DNA from: Lama guanicoe
Taxonomy: Eukaryota
Assembly: GCA_013239625.1 (NCBI GenBank)
Contig: MU053557.1
Coordinates: forward strand, 3,068,123 to 3,132,122
Direction: 5' to 3'
Length of the DNA: 64,000 nt
The stretch's first letter is position 1, and each line of letters begins with the position of its first letter. The notes beneath the pieces were generated by a model. That model saw only the letters and a list, made by a program, of their open reading frames with translations. It was not told the origin of the DNA and ran no database searches. Below are positions 28,442 through 42,865 of the stretch, one piece after another. The position numbers were made by a program, and so were the translations under genes.

Positions 28442-30154
28442 TAATCTTCACTTAATTCTTACAGTAGTTCCTTACGGTAGGTTTACTATCCCCACTTTGC
28501 ATATTTGAAAAAAAAACAATTGAGTATATTGAGTTTAATTTGCCCAAGATCACAGCTGCAAAACAACAAGACCAGAATCAATGAGCGTTGGTACCGTCTT
28601 ATAACTAAGCCTTGACAAAGAGAAGAAAGGGGGCCATATAGGAACTTAATAAATATTAAATGAATTAATTTTAAAAGAAATGGAGGAAGTACTTGGAGGG
28701 AAAGAAATAGAATGGAAAGGAACAAAATTCTTAGGGGAGAAAATGTGAGTCCTGACATCTGTCTGTTACCCACTCTACATCAAGTCCCTGTAGTGTGTGG
28801 GCTGCAAACAGAAGTCAGCAGAAGCAGTGTGTCTCCTTCACTAGGGGCCTTTGGGTAAAAGACAAACAAACAACAATAGTAGCTCTAAACCTAGACAGAC
28901 ATTAGAGAGAAAAGGCTAATACTTTACATTTATGAAGACATTGGTAGTTTTGATGGCGATTTCCTATATAATATCTCACTTGACCTCTACAGTAAGTGGT
29001 CAGTGATCAGAGCAGGTATAGTTAGACTAGTATTAAATATGTGGTAACTGTGATTTGGAGACATGAAATTATCATCTAGGTTATTTATAAGAATTTCAAA
29101 CCTAATCACCATCAAAGCAGCTATCCTTTACCTGGTTTTCTCTATATATATACCAGGCACTGCTAGGTACTCTCATATATTATCTTATTAAATTCTCAAA
29201 ACTCAAGGAAGACTCCACATTTCATTATAATATCCCCATTATACAGATGAGAAAACTGAGGCTCAAAGATTTGCCAAGGATTTAGTCTCTCCAATCCTAA
29301 AGTCAGAGCTCTGTCTACTAGACTACCCTGTACAGATATGAGATATGTACACGAATTAACGATACACTAGATGAACAATCAACACGTGTGACTCTGCCAC
29401 TGTCATTTCTAATCCTTGAAGAATTTACTGAGTTTTTAAGTTTGATTATGTCTCCTTTCGTAAAAATTTAGCTAGATAAAATATTTACCCACCACTAGTG
29501 ACATTCTTCTGGAATTTATCAGGACCAGTACAGAGCCTGTGGTTGAAGATTTAGCACCATACTTTATAGATTCTCTGTGCAGGTTGTATGGAGCCATTCT
29601 TTCTTTTCCCCCCCACTTTTGGCCTTGGCGCTATGCACTTCCGTAATTATTATTTAATTTCCTACCTTTGGAAGGGCTTATTTGTATTGGAAATGTCATC
29701 TTCAGGCAGTGGATAAATGGAAAGCAGACTAGTTCATCACATATGATCTTGGAAGTAAATTTACACACCTAGTGTTTTGTCAATAACTGGGAATCCCGTT
29801 GATATAGAGATTTTTCTCCCATCTTGTCTTTCTGGTCCCCCGAGTTCTTTCAGGGGAGAAACTTTTCATATTTGTAGCCTACGCAGTCCCCTCAAAGTCT
29901 TCATGCTCACCCCCATCCTCCCCGACATTGTCAAACCAGTCTGTTCGGGTTGCTGGTGTTGAGCCTGTCAGGAAGAAGGAGTCAGGGACTATGAGAAGCC
30001 AGAATGGCCTGAGGGCACCTTTAAATTTTCCCCTGTTTCTGTTTGAATCTGAGTTCTGAGCCTTCTTTCTCTGAGCTTCATTTTCTCTGTTATCACAAGT
30101 TAAGATGCTGTTAGCATTTCTGCCGTGTCTTAGAACCATGCTCCAAGAAGGCAG

Positions 30155-30189
30155 AAAAACAACAACAACAACAACAACAAAAAACAAAA
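30155..30189. repeat. (CAA)n/A-rich microsatellite
   Basis: aaaaacaacaacaacaacaacaacaaaaaacaaaa. Confidence 0.9.
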
Positions 30190-33100
30190 TAGAAAACTGG
30201 ATACAGTTTTCACCCTCCAGGAACTTAATAATACCAAATGCCATTGTTCTGTCCTTCTCCCCCTTGCTGTTTTTTGCTCCCATCCTGGTTTTGCCACTTC
30301 AGTGAGAAACCAAGGATTAAGCGTCTGCTCCTCGCCTTGTACCCACTCACAGTATTCCATAGTGCCCATCTTCAGAGGGCCTCCTCATACTGACATGTCT
30401 CCTCACCATGGCAGTTGAGTGGGAGGCAAACAAACGGTGATGTTACGAATGCTGTGTTAAAATGAGATGGCATCCTCTTAGGATCACAGAACAATCCAGA
30501 TGTATTTTTACTGCCTGTATGTCCCACCTTGCCTCCCTATGGGCTTTAACAGGCAATCATAGCATCTTGTACCTCTCCTGAGGAGTTATGATGTTTTGGA
30601 GTGTAATTACCTAATGTCTGTGTGCTCTCCTAAGCTGTAAACTCCATGAATTAGGGCCACGTATGTTTGACTTCTGACTGTATAACCAGTATGAGGCAAA
30701 AATCTGAGGGAGTGAACACTGCCTGAATCACATGGATGACTAATTGACTAAAAGCCCAGGTTTACAAACAGCAAAGACAAAATTAAAATACAGGGCATTA
30801 AAGCCATACATTTTAGACCTACCTTGGTCTTCACACTGGGTAATCATATCATTTATCACCCCAACCAGGGTACTCCTAAGAATGAAAGGAGTTGCTGTTG
30901 ATAATTATGCTGGGACAACAAGGCAAAACTCATAAATGTTTTGGGGAAATCAGGACATACACCAATCTTATTAGGGCTTTTGAAGACAGTAGTGACCAAG
31001 CAGGTGCCTTAATTGTGAAAGAGCTCTAATAAGCAGGACTTCCCGCCTTTGGAGTATCAGATATCAGTATGAAGTGATTTCAAACTGAAATGATATCAAA
31101 TAGCTTAAAAAAAACAAGTACAAGCTGAAATAAGCAGTGTCCCTCTGTCTGCAGCACCTAAAGGATCATCATGGTGGTGGTATGAGGCTGGGTCTCCTGG
31201 GGCAGAGTTAAAAGCACAGAAGAAGAGGTGGAGGCTTCTGAATCTTGTCATGCTCTTCCTAAATCTCTTTCTTCAAAAGAATCTGCAAAATTCACGCTGC
31301 GTTTGATAGAACCTAAGATAACAAAACAAAACATTTTTCAGCTACTTAGAAGACTGGCTTGTCAGACACATCCTGAGTTCCAAGGTATTAAAATATGATT
31401 GAAAACAAAAAAGAATCAACTAAGTAGAGTAGATTCCTCAGGCAAGGAAAGACCATCTTCCTAAAAGTGCAGATATAAAATATGTGACTTTCTAATTTCA
31501 GTCTTCAAATAACATTTTTGTCTCTGGACACGGTAGAAGGCTCCAGATTATCCGTGGAGCAGGAGCAGTGATGGTCGGTCATTCCTGAGGCCCTCCTGGG
31601 CACCAGGCACTCTGCTCATGAGCACTTGTGGTGAATTATTTCACTTGGTCTGTGCACAACTCCAGGAGGTTGATGGTGTGATTGTCCCCATTTCACATCG
31701 GATGAAACTTCGGTTCAGCAAGTAACTTGGCTAACATGCAGGTGAGGCATCACGTGAAGGAAATGCAGAGCTCTAGCCAGTCTCCACGCTGCTGATGTTC
31801 AGCAAGGCTGTGGCCCTGAGGAGGGCGTGGTACCCACTGTCAGGCTGCACGAGGGATAACAACGTACACAGGACCAAGAGACGACAGAAGAGCCTACAAC
31901 TAGAAGCTGAATTGAGTGAGAAAGACTAAAGTACTTCAGAAGAGAAGATGGTCTGGGGTAACAAAACAAAGTGTCTTGAGAGCTCAGAGTGTTTAAAAGG
32001 GATTTTAATAACCAAAGCAGGAAGGAGCGTTTAGTCCATTTAAGAGGAACTGTACTCTGAATGAAAGTATTCATTTGTCTCCCTGTGGTTACACAGAATG
32101 GGCTTTGATTTTTAATTTTTTGTTCACGTTGACTTTCGTGCCATCAAGGTCTAGCTTAGTTATTTATTTTTTAAACACCGTAAATCCTATTTCTGCCATA
32201 AATTTTAAGTGAGACATAAAGGGGGCTTTGTTTTATTTTGTTTGTGAAATTTTTTAATCCACAGACCTGAATTTTTTTGGTAATTTCCTAAATATGTTGA
32301 CTATTTAGGTTATTTTCCTCAATTTTAGAATCTTTCTTTTCTATAGTTGTGAAAAGATACAGGATTGCACAGTAACCATTCATTCTGAATTGTGTAATTA
32401 GACATTTTTCTTATTAGACAAGAAGTCAAACATTTTTCTGTGAGTACAGCTTGAAAATCATCTTTATTTTCTAAATTATGGCCAGTTTCTAGTTTAATGT
32501 TCCCCTTTGCTTACATTAAATCAGTGAAGGAAGATTTTAAAATAGGGATACAGTGATTATTTCCTTTTATTTTTAAAAAAATAAGGAAAATTAAACACAT
32601 TACAATTCTTCCTGTGGGACAAGTACTCTGTGCTGATTGCAAGTCTCTCCAGTGAATAATGTGGTGGAAAGTTAATTACTACAGTCCAAAGACAAATTTG
32701 TACTCATTCCTCGTCCGATGTTAAAGACTCACTGATGAATTTAAGCTAATGAGATGAATTGTTTGGGAAACTTAAATACTAGAGTCATCTTGGGTCAAAA
32801 TACCATTTGAGTGGATGTTTGATTGCTTTTCTCTCCTTCTAAGAATTACCCTACTCTAATGAAGCCTTAACTCACTGCTTTCTAAATTCCTACAGGAATA
32901 AGAAAAAAATCTAATTAGGCAACTGGTGTAAATAATTGCAGCACAGCAGAGCGAGTTGCAAAAGTTAACCTCCTGCTGATTACAGATATATTGAAGTAGG
33001 AATAAAAGAAAATGTATGATTGTCAAAAAAAAAAACCAGTAGGACGATATTTTTATTCATCACCTTTGTCTTCTTTGCTATAATCGTAGAAACCAGTAAC

Positions 33101-33861
33101 TGACACCCGGGTCCATCTCAGAGCCTCTGTAAAATACACAAAGGAATTAGTTTTCACACATCTCTTCTTGGACCGAAGTAGCTACTTGCCAGGAGTTTTT
33201 ATCATTCTTCTAGAAATCAGCATCTTGATGGTGAAGAAAAAAGTAGGGATAATGCTTCTATCATAAGAATCCATTCAAACGCTGTTTCTCATGTCTCATG
33301 TACCTGTTTGCCAGACAGTGTCCTCAGTGTTGACCTTCAGTGGTGAAAGGACAGACCACTTCCTTGTCATCCAGAGTTGATAATATAATGGGAAAGGGGA
33401 TCAAGCAAACATTTCAACACTTAGACCAAAAAAGGCATGTAAATTCTGCAGCATGTACTATGAAGAAAACAAGCAGTTAATGTGTGTATCCTGAGACACA
33501 CACACATGTCACTCACACTCGGTGCATCTTCACAGTGGTCCTGATCATACTTCTAATGGTAGCTCCTGGATCACAACATCCTTTATAAAAGGCTGTCTCT
33601 CCCTCCTACATTGAAGCCCTGCTGGATGAAAAGTACTTCTCACTCGTGTTCCAATTCCCAGCACATAGTCTAATCCAGAGTGGTTGCTGAATAAATCAGT
33701 GACTGAACCAATGAATGAGGACAGAATATACACATGATCCTTGGGTGGGTGTGGAAGGTAAAGGATGCTGCGGATTATGTCTTCAGCATCTTTTGAATTT
33801 ATTCCACCCCATTCCTATTGCGTGTCCATGGTGTGGGGCCATGTGCTGCCTTTCCTCCATG

Positions 33862-34125
33862 CCATATTAATTTTTATGCCACGTAACAAATCACCAGAGA
33901 TGGAATGATTTAAAATAACACCTGTTGATTACCTCACAGTTTCTTTAGGTCAGGAGTCTGAGCACATCTTAGCTGGGTTCTCAGAAAGACTGTAATCAAG
34001 GTGCTGGCCATAACTTGGGTTCTGGTGGCTGGACTGGGCAGGGGTCCACTTCCAAGCTGAGTCAGGATGTTGGCAGAATTCATTGACTTGTGGCTGTAAG
34101 ACTCACGACAGCTTCATTCATCAAT
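33862..34125 (-). mobile_element. MaLR LTR fragment (MLT1-like)
   Basis: gtaacaaatcacc...ctcacagtttctttaggtcaggagtctgagcacatcttagctgggttctc. Confidence 0.7.
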
Positions 34126-35109
34126 TTCCTCTATGACCTTAAACATAGGGACCTGAACGTCCCTGTCAAGGAAGAGGTGAGGAGGGTTAACCAAGTGCAC
34201 AGGGATGGCTCTTTCATACCTGACAGTCTAGGGTGATTCCTGTCAGCACTGCTAGGATGATGTTCTTCAAAGTATAACGTCTTTCTCTGCTCTTGACCAC
34301 ACACCCACTTCTCCCCAGGAAGGCTGTATGACTGAAATGAACTGTCTAAAGGGCATGTGGCAGTGAGGAGGGATAAACAGCCTTTAACACATTTACTAAT
34401 CAAGGCCTTTTTGCAACTCAGTTGTGAACCAGAATTCTTCGTTTCAACCAAAGTCTTCAGTTTGTTACAGGCAGGGACCTCCGAGGCTAAGATGTCACCT
34501 TTTCGTCTGATTCATACACACTGCAGCACCTTGGAAGTCCCATCTTATTTTCCTGGGATGATAATTCATAGGAAAAAAGTAAGATCTTTCTGCAGCTAAT
34601 CATTTTAGTCAATGATCATTGCATGACAGAGGAGCTTCTGATGAATGAACTTGCCAACACAGTGACAGCCCAGCGTTCTGAAGCTGTGGGCATGAGCCAT
34701 CTGGAAAGATGCTTTTCTAGCTGCTGAAGGTGTTTCATTCCTCTCTGTTCACCGGGTAGTTTATACCACGGGTACATACCTATCTCATTTTCTTAATGAC
34801 TTAAGACTAGGTATCAATTCTTATACATATGCCAAGAACTAGGCACTGTGCTAGTAAACGTTACCCACACGCTGCCTAACCTGACAGTCTGTGATACTAT
34901 GACAGGCTTAACTAACTTGCCCAGTACCACACAGTTGAGTATAAAGGCCAGATGCAAAAGTAGGATTCAAAGATCTTCCTCTTAATATAGGTAGTCTGAG
35001 TTTCATTCTTCTGAAAATAATAGACTTCTTCAAGTTCAGATGAGCTATTCAGTGCTGTTTACCCAAGAGCAACAAACATTAGTTTAGATATATATTTTTA
35101 GTTGGTATG

Positions 35110-35769
35110 TGTTATGGGTTCAATTTTATGTTCCCTTCAAAAATTATGTTGAAGTTCTAATCGCCAGTATCTCAGAACGTGACCTTATTAGGAAACGGGG
35201 ACTTTACAGAGGTACTCAAGTAAAAATGAGTTAATCAGAGTGGGTCCTAATCCAATGTAGCTGACGTTCTTACCAAGAGAGGACATGTGGACACAGAGAA
35301 AGACATTCACAGTAGGATGATGATGTGAAGAGACACAGAGATAACTCCGTGTGAAGACGGAGGACTGCAGTGATGTGTCTATAAGCCAAGGAACGCTGAA
35401 TATTGCCAGGAAACCAACACTAGCAAGGCAGAAGAGAAGAAGGAGCCTCACCTACAGGTTTCTAAAGGAGCAAGGCTCTGATAACACCTTGATTTTGGAC
35501 CTATAGCCTCCAGAAACGTGAAACAATACATTTCTGGCTTTTAATTATTAATTACTTTTAAATTACTTATTTATCAGGGGGAGGTAATTAGGTTTATCTA
35601 GTCATTTATTTTTAGTGGAAATACTGGGGATTGAACCTAGGACCTCATGCATGATAAGCATGTGCTCTACCACTGAGCTCTACTCTCCCCCACCGATTTC
35701 TGTTGTTGTTTTTTTTTAAGTCACTTGGTTTGTGGTACTTTGTTGTAGCAGCCCTAGCAAACTAATACA
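35110..35769 (+). mobile_element. MaLR solo LTR (MLT1B/C-like) carrying a nested SINE
   Basis: TG...CA ends (tgttatgggtt ... gcagccctagcaaactaataca) with 5-bp flanks gtatg/gtgtg. Confidence 0.85.
35539..35691 (-). mobile_element. Vic-1-like SINE nested in the MLT1 LTR
   Basis: Reverse complement of the tRNA-Ala head (ggggattgaacctaggacctc...gctctaccactgagct), flanked by atttctg on both sides. Confidence 0.88.
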
Positions 35770-38463
35770 GTGTGCTTTTACAATTTTCTTCAGTGCTAAA
35801 ATTTCATTCTTTGCATCTCTAACACGTGCTCCTCAGAGCAGCTCTGCCTTCACTCCTGACACACTGCTTCAAACACATTATGGGATGGGAGACCAGATAA
35901 CAAACTTGTTAGAATTCTTTATTAAATTATGCTGAAAAAGTCAAATCTGTTAGCCTTAGTATATGGTAACCTATTCTCCATTGCCCAGAGTGTCTCTGCT
36001 TACTTTCATATTTCAGATTTGGTGAGACAGTTCAGATAGCTGTGGCTTTTTAATAACGTGTCATTGGTCCGAAGTGTTTTGTTTTGCCCTTGAATATCTC
36101 TAACGGAAGTTAAACCTTTTCCAATTTATCAAAGCAGCATGTCCATTATGAGAAACTTAAAAGTCCAAAGATAATTGTAGACTGATTATCTGATTACTTA
36201 CATTGTCCCTGCTCCACGTGCTGCTGGCTTTGTTCCTTTCAGTGTATTGATAATATTTTCTGTTTATTGCAGTGGGGTAATAGATTTTGGCTTCAGGCTG
36301 CCATTTTCTGTGGCGTGGATACAAAACGCCCTTTCCTTTTGTTTTGGTAAATCTTCCCTTCAGTAGATCACAAGCCCTTGCAAATATTCTCCAACTCCCA
36401 CAGCAGAAGGGCCACTTGAGCCTCCAAAACAAAACGGCAGCGTAGTAATGAGGGTATTAGGTTGATGTGTTCTATTCAGCACCTGCTCCCAAGCTACAGA
36501 ATAATGAATGAGCATGAATTACACATTGTGAAAACAGGAGACTCTGCCTTCTCTGTATTGTGCGTCAGGCAGTCTCGAAAGGGGCTTTGAAATTGTGCTG
36601 CTCACACAAGGGCACCCATTTGTGAAAAGCCAGGTGAAAAAGGCAAAGAGCTGCTCATCTGCAGATTAACATTTAACTAGTCTGTGCTGAGCTTTTAATA
36701 ATTTCTATATGGTAAAGAGTTTCATTAATATGCAACTGGTGACTTGGTCCAAATTCAGTTTTGCTTTGCCTAACATACATCTTAGTACAAAGCTGAAGGG
36801 TCATTCTTTCAAGTTTAGTCATTGAACATAGTATTATTTATATGTATACATACTTATCATCTAATACAACCATTCAGAAAAAAACAATATTCTCGTTAGA
36901 AAGCAGAGTGCCACACAGTACAGAGGATGCGGGGCTTTGGACTAGTCAGCTCAGGGCTCAGTGTGGGGCTTTGTCCACTTGCTAGCTGCAGGACTTTAGG
37001 CAAATTAGACTCTGAGATTTCTTTCTTTAACGTTAAAATCAATTTAATAGTGTCCTATATAATCAAGAAGGAAAAATACGAAAAGCTCCTATTATAGTGC
37101 TTGGGAAATCAGAGATGGCTAAGAAAAAGCAGCCATACTGTTGTCTTCCTGACAGTTGCAGAACAACTACGGGCTGTTATAAGACCATGGGATGTTTGGA
37201 GTGAAGGTTCACTCAGCGGTAAAGTCCTACCTCCACCCAAAGGCAGAATTTCTTCCACAACCTCCCCAATAAGGAAATGTCTTCCTAGCTTTTAAATAGT
37301 TCAGGGATGGGACACTCACTACCATGCAAGGTAGACGATTTCATTTTCAGACATGCCGAATTATTAGAAAGTTCTTCCTTCTGCTGACTCCTGATTAGCT
37401 TTGTGGTTCCACTGCTGCCCACTGATGGATGCTGGACTAAGCAAGACCTCAGGTCAGACGGGGCTTCTGTTAGTCATCACCCACTGGTAGTCTGACTGGT
37501 AATTTATCAGTAGCCTCCAGGGTTCTTACTGGTCAGTGCCCTGTTCTGATTAATCAGTGTTTGTGCCCTGTTAAATATTTTGAATATCACTCTGGTGTCA
37601 GGTAAACAAGAATTGGAGACCGGACTCTTCTCATGATAATGGGTGACAGTGGGATAGCTACCTTAGCTCTCTGTGCCTCAGTGATCTCATCTGTGAAACA
37701 GGGGATAATCACTGTACCTACTTCATCGGGTTTTTGAGGATAATATGGAATAAAGTATGTAAAGCGCTAATCCTGGTTTCTCACACATTCCATTAAATGA
37801 AATCTATCATCGTTACTACCTCGCAAAGGTTCAGTGGTAGTTGAAAACAACTGTTCATCATTTACTCTTCTCAGTTTAACATCAGTTTCTTACCAACTAG
37901 CCCTTCCTGCACTGGACACTTCCTAACGATTAGTTCAGTATTTTCTGAAAGTTAGTTGAACAAATATTATGTGCCAGATACTAAAGTTTTTATAAGCACC
38001 ATCTTACTAAATCTTCACAACAGCTCTAAAAAGGTGTTACTTTTATGGTCCTCAATTTATAGATTCAGGGGGTCGAGTCACTGGACTAAGTCAGAGGGGG
38101 CCTCAACAGAAAACCTAACTCACATGTGATGACAAAATAAAGGGCATTTATTATTTTATGACACTTGAAAGTCCAGATGTATGCCAGACCTGCAGGCTGT
38201 CTTGATTCAACACCTCAGCCCACGAATCTATGCTAACTCCTTTAAATCCAGTATATCACGATACTCCTGGAGAGCAAGGAAGCTTCTTCCTCAGCCCATA
38301 GCATAACTCTTCTTCCTATTAAATTGGATTATCAGCCCATCTTCAAACCAATAACTGGGACAGTGGAGTGGCATAACTCTTAGTAGGTTAGGCGTGAGTC
38401 ACAGAACCCTCCCTTTAAGTCAAGGGTGGGATAGATTTTCCAAAAACAAAGGGATTACAGTGG

Positions 38464-38465
<2 letters not shown>

Positions 38466-38498
<33 letters not shown>

Positions 38499-38506
38499 TG
38501 TGTGTG
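38466..38506. repeat. (GT)n microsatellite with one interruption
   Basis: Direct reading. Confidence 0.95.
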
Positions 38507-39519
38507 GCAGAGAGGTTAAACACCCAAATAAAATTTGAAATAATCAAAGAATAAAGAATGCATGTTCAGAGGCAACCACAATGTACATTATACAAGGTTA
38601 TAATTTGTCTGATGTCCCAGAACTAGTAAATTCTCTGCTGAGATTTAAAACTGGGCCATCTGACTCCAAAGCCCACTCTCTTTACATCTAGGACCTACTG
38701 CTTTTCAACTAAACCTAGTAACGCCTGGGGTTAGATAGGACCATTTGTGGTTGAGACTATTAGCAACTTTGTTCTATACAAACATGTGCACGCACGCGCA
38801 CACACACACTCACACACTACATGATACAATACATTTTAGCATACACAAGCTCCATATACTAGTATAGCCATACCCATTGTAAAAATACTAGAATTTCCTG
38901 TGTTTCAGCATATCGGTTGATGAAGGGTTGCTGCCAGAGCCTTCCTGCTACCCAATCCCTTTCCTGTCCCCCTACCCGCTCCTCCTGTCCTCTACTCTCC
39001 CACCCACCCACTAAGTCCCTCGATCCAGAGCTAAAGTGCTAACTCCCTGGCCCAACAGAGGTCTCTCAAGGTCCTGTTCCTGCGTCTCCACCAGCGTCCA
39101 TTCTAATTAGCTGATGACTGTGCTGTTCTGGTTATCAAATATTTTGAATATCACTTCTGACTGCCCATAAGTACATACATATACTTGTAGAGGATATTGT
39201 ATATGCCCATAATACTTAAATAAAATACAGCAAACTATACCATATGTAAAGCTAACTCTTACTAGTAAGCGCTATCATTAATTGACTGGTTAGGTACACC
39301 AGGCACCATTCTAAGTACTTTACAAGTATTACTATATATACTCTTCACAGCAACTCTAGGAGGTAAGTATTACTACAATCATCCCCACCTGACAAATGAG
39401 GAAAATGGGGCACAGGGAAATTTAGTAAGGGTCAAAAAAGACCAGCCTGGAGTTCAGTCATGTTGGTGTCAGCGTCTCTACCCTTTACTGAGTTCTCATA
39501 CTGCCTAACCATAGGAGAT

Positions 39520-40550
39520 GCTGAAATTCGCCTTGCCTTCTTCCTTGGTATTAGAACCTCAATTTGATAGCACTGTGCTCAGTCCAGGTTAGGGGATGAC
39601 TGGCCTGTATTGGTCATGATGTTCCCTCTTCACACATTCTCTAAAGTGGGGCATGAGCCAGTATGGCCAATGAGAACTAAAGGGGATTCTACTGTACGGG
39701 CCTTCAGAAAAGCTTTTGATCTCCTAATAAGACTATAAACCCATTTGTTGCTGCCCGTCTCAGCTTCTTCTTGCCCTAAAGGCATATGTGAAGTCTGGAG
39801 CTGAAGCAACCATTCTGAGACCATGAGACAACAAGCCAAATTACTAAGTTGGCAGAGTGGAAAGACAGAATGAGGCTGGGTCTCTGATGATAGTGTGGAG
39901 CTAATTCATGGACCCTGGACTTCCCTCAGACTATTTATGAGAAAGACATAACATTTGCTAATACCCAGCTGCCAAAGACCATCAAGATCACACTTGTTGT
40001 TCAACAAAGTTAGGTTTGTTGGCATTTGTTCCAAAAGGAAGACTGCATACATGGGGAACTGTGGGGCACCTCAGAAGAGAGTATTAGGAATGGCTTGAAT
40101 AGGATTGAGGCTGTAATAGGTGATTCGGAGAAGGTTTGAGGAAGCATCATTTTCCTCATATTTAGGTGCAATCACAAAGAGGGGCAGTTCTATGACTGGT
40201 CATCCTAGTAGTTTTTTATCTAGGAGGCAGGAGGAATGGAGTAGGCAAAGCTGTCACCAGCAGAGACACAGCAGTCACTCCTGGTGGCCAGGGTAGGGGA
40301 TGTATGGTCGGTCTGAGGTATGTACAGTGCTCTTGCTTTTGGGCTCAAACATGGTTTCATGATCCATGGCTGTTTTTCCCTTCAATCACAGTCACAGAGT
40401 GACCTTGTCCAATGCCAATGTTCAACAAAGCCTGGCTCTTTGCAGCAGCTGACAGCTGTCTGGGGCTCCCCTTTGTGTTCTCACACTCTTCGCTTAAGCC
40501 AGTGGAAGTCAGGGTTTCTGTCACCTCTAACTAATACACTAATTAACACA
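39520..40550. mobile_element. Old MaLR LTR (MLT1H/J-like) interrupted by a second LTR-like element at about 39955-40430
   Basis: ctggagctgaagcaaccattctgagaccatgag...gggtctctgatga resumes as gcttaagccagtggaagtcagggtttctgtcac. Confidence 0.55.
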
Positions 40551-42654
40551 AGCCTGAACTAACCATCCCACACTGCAGTGTTGCTCATCTGAGCCATTTA
40601 CATTCCTTCTCAAGCCCTCTTTGGCTGCAGTATCTGCCAAGAGTTTTCCTACAGGGTTCTGGTCCGTGACATCTGGTCTCCCCTGTTTGGCCCCCTTCCT
40701 CTGTTTACCCTTATGACCACATACTCATCTATCTGCAGCCCATCACTATGTCTCCCTTGCTGGCTCTCCTGTGTTCTGAAAGAATGCCCCTTGTGTTGGT
40801 AATCCTCCACCTCATCCGCCAGCGCACTGTTTACCCTTATGACCACATACTCATCTATCTGCAGCCCATCACTATGTCTCCCTTGCTGGCTTAAGAACCA
40901 GGGTCTGGATTCACATAGCCCATGCTCAAAAGCCAGGGACCACTGTTCAGGAGCTACATGACTTAGAAAGCTGCCCAGTCTCTCTAGAGCTCAGTTCCAT
41001 TGTTTGGAAATCTGGTAGTACTAGTACATATTCCCAAGGGGTTTGGGGGGGACAGTGAGAAGGGAAAAATTATATGAAATAATACTTGTAAAACATTTAG
41101 CATGGTTTCTGACACATGATACAGAATCAGTGTTGCCACTTTATTTTATGTTTTTACCACTTACAAGATAGTAAAGCAAACCACCTTAGGGAATGCACTA
41201 GTTAGTTTTATTTTGTGACTTTTTGTGGGGCAGGGCCAGGCACAGTGCCTGAATACATTCTCCCACTTTCCAAAAGCTAATGGGTTCACAGTTGGTTCTG
41301 GAAAGATTCAGAAGTTCTTTCAGATTTATTTTTTATTCTCTTGGTGCCTTAGACTGTTCATTTGTTTCAAGTGGCAAGTTTATTATTCCTACTGCTAGAG
41401 AGGATATCTTCAGGTCTGGGGGTCTTGGGATGAAATCAAACCAATTACTTTCCACCTCTAACTGGCTACCACCCCTTTCCTTAAGTTTCATCAGTGAAAA
41501 CAAAACAGAACAAACAAGACCCTTTCCTGACTTTATCTGTTACCATCAACAGATCACAACTGGTTTTGTTCTAGTTCCTCTTACTCTGTGGACTCTTTTC
41601 CCTCCTCTAACTAGTACATCTCCTTACTTAAAACCTCCTGGGGGTTGAGTGGAAGGCCCAGGAGACCCGAGTTCAGGCTGGTCTCTGAGTGATTTGGTTC
41701 GGGTCTGGAATGCTCTGTTCCTGCCTCCCTGGGTGCAGAATGCATTAATGTGACCTAGGATTCCAGCTGGGTGAATCCAAATTAAAGAAAACAGTGGTAA
41801 TGAATGAGCATGGACTAAACTATGTGACAGAAAGCCTTTTTATCTAAACATTCTGCCTCCAAAAGACTACAAAATGGCTAAAAATCCCAAGTTTCTAGGA
41901 TGGTGGTATATAGGCATACTTCTCAAACTGGAGTGTCTGCTGGGGATTCACCTTCCTAGAACAACAGATTTATCCACAGGAAGAAAGGTGGAATTTTACT
42001 TTTCTATGAAAAGAGTCATGGATATATTATAGAGCAGGGCGTAAGATCTACATGATTTTCAAATATACAATAGAAACTATGAAAAAATTAAACTTGCTGC
42101 AGACCAATTTCAACCATACCCAAGGCCCCTGGGTATGTGAGGACATACTCTCTCCTTACAGGAAGTAAGATATGAGCATTAGAGATATAAACTAAGATTG
42201 CACCTTGCAGTCTTTGCTTGTAATCCCGGCTCTGTCTGTTACTTGTCATCTTGGACCACCTCTGAGCTCCCCCTTCTTCCTCTGTAAAAATGGGTGTAAT
42301 ATCTAAGTTACAGAGCTGCTGTGAGTGATAAGAGAGATGCTGTCTCTCTAGTGCCTGTCACGTGCCTGCCACAGCATGGACAATAAATGGCAGTTATAAC
42401 CATTCTCATGACTCATGGGAAGGACAGCAGTTTGAAAGCATTTTTACAGACTCTCCTCAACCAACTCTTCGTGTGGCCTTGAAAGCACTGCTGATCAGTC
42501 TTTTCCCCCGAACATGGAGGTCTTCCTTATCCACACAAGCTAAAAGCCCTTGGTCCCTTTACTTCATTTCCTTGTAATGGCTTCTGTAACTAAGACTCCC
42601 TCGAACACACTGTGGGAAATGCAGGAGTTGAACAATGACAACAAAAAAGAAGTG

Positions 42655-42865
42655 GCCAGAAAGTTGCTAAGAGTAGATCTTAAACGTTCTCATCACAAGA
42701 AAAAAAAAATCTGTAACTACGTGCAGTGATGGACACTAACGAGAGTTACTCTGGTGATCACATCACAATATACACACACATCACAATACACAATCCTGAA
42801 TCATGGTGATATACACCTGAAACTAGGTCAGTTACAGCTCAGGTTTAAAACAAAACAAAGAAAAA
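42655..42865 (+). mobile_element. LINE-1 3' end fragment (L1MA-like)
   Basis: aaagttgctaagagtagatcttaaacgttctcatcacaag...tatacacctgaaacta plus an A-rich tail. Confidence 0.75.

Noticed and set aside
40701..40891. Repeat-spacer-repeat resembling a CRISPR unit
   Set aside because: Only two copies, 65 bp long, in a mammalian intron with no cas genes.
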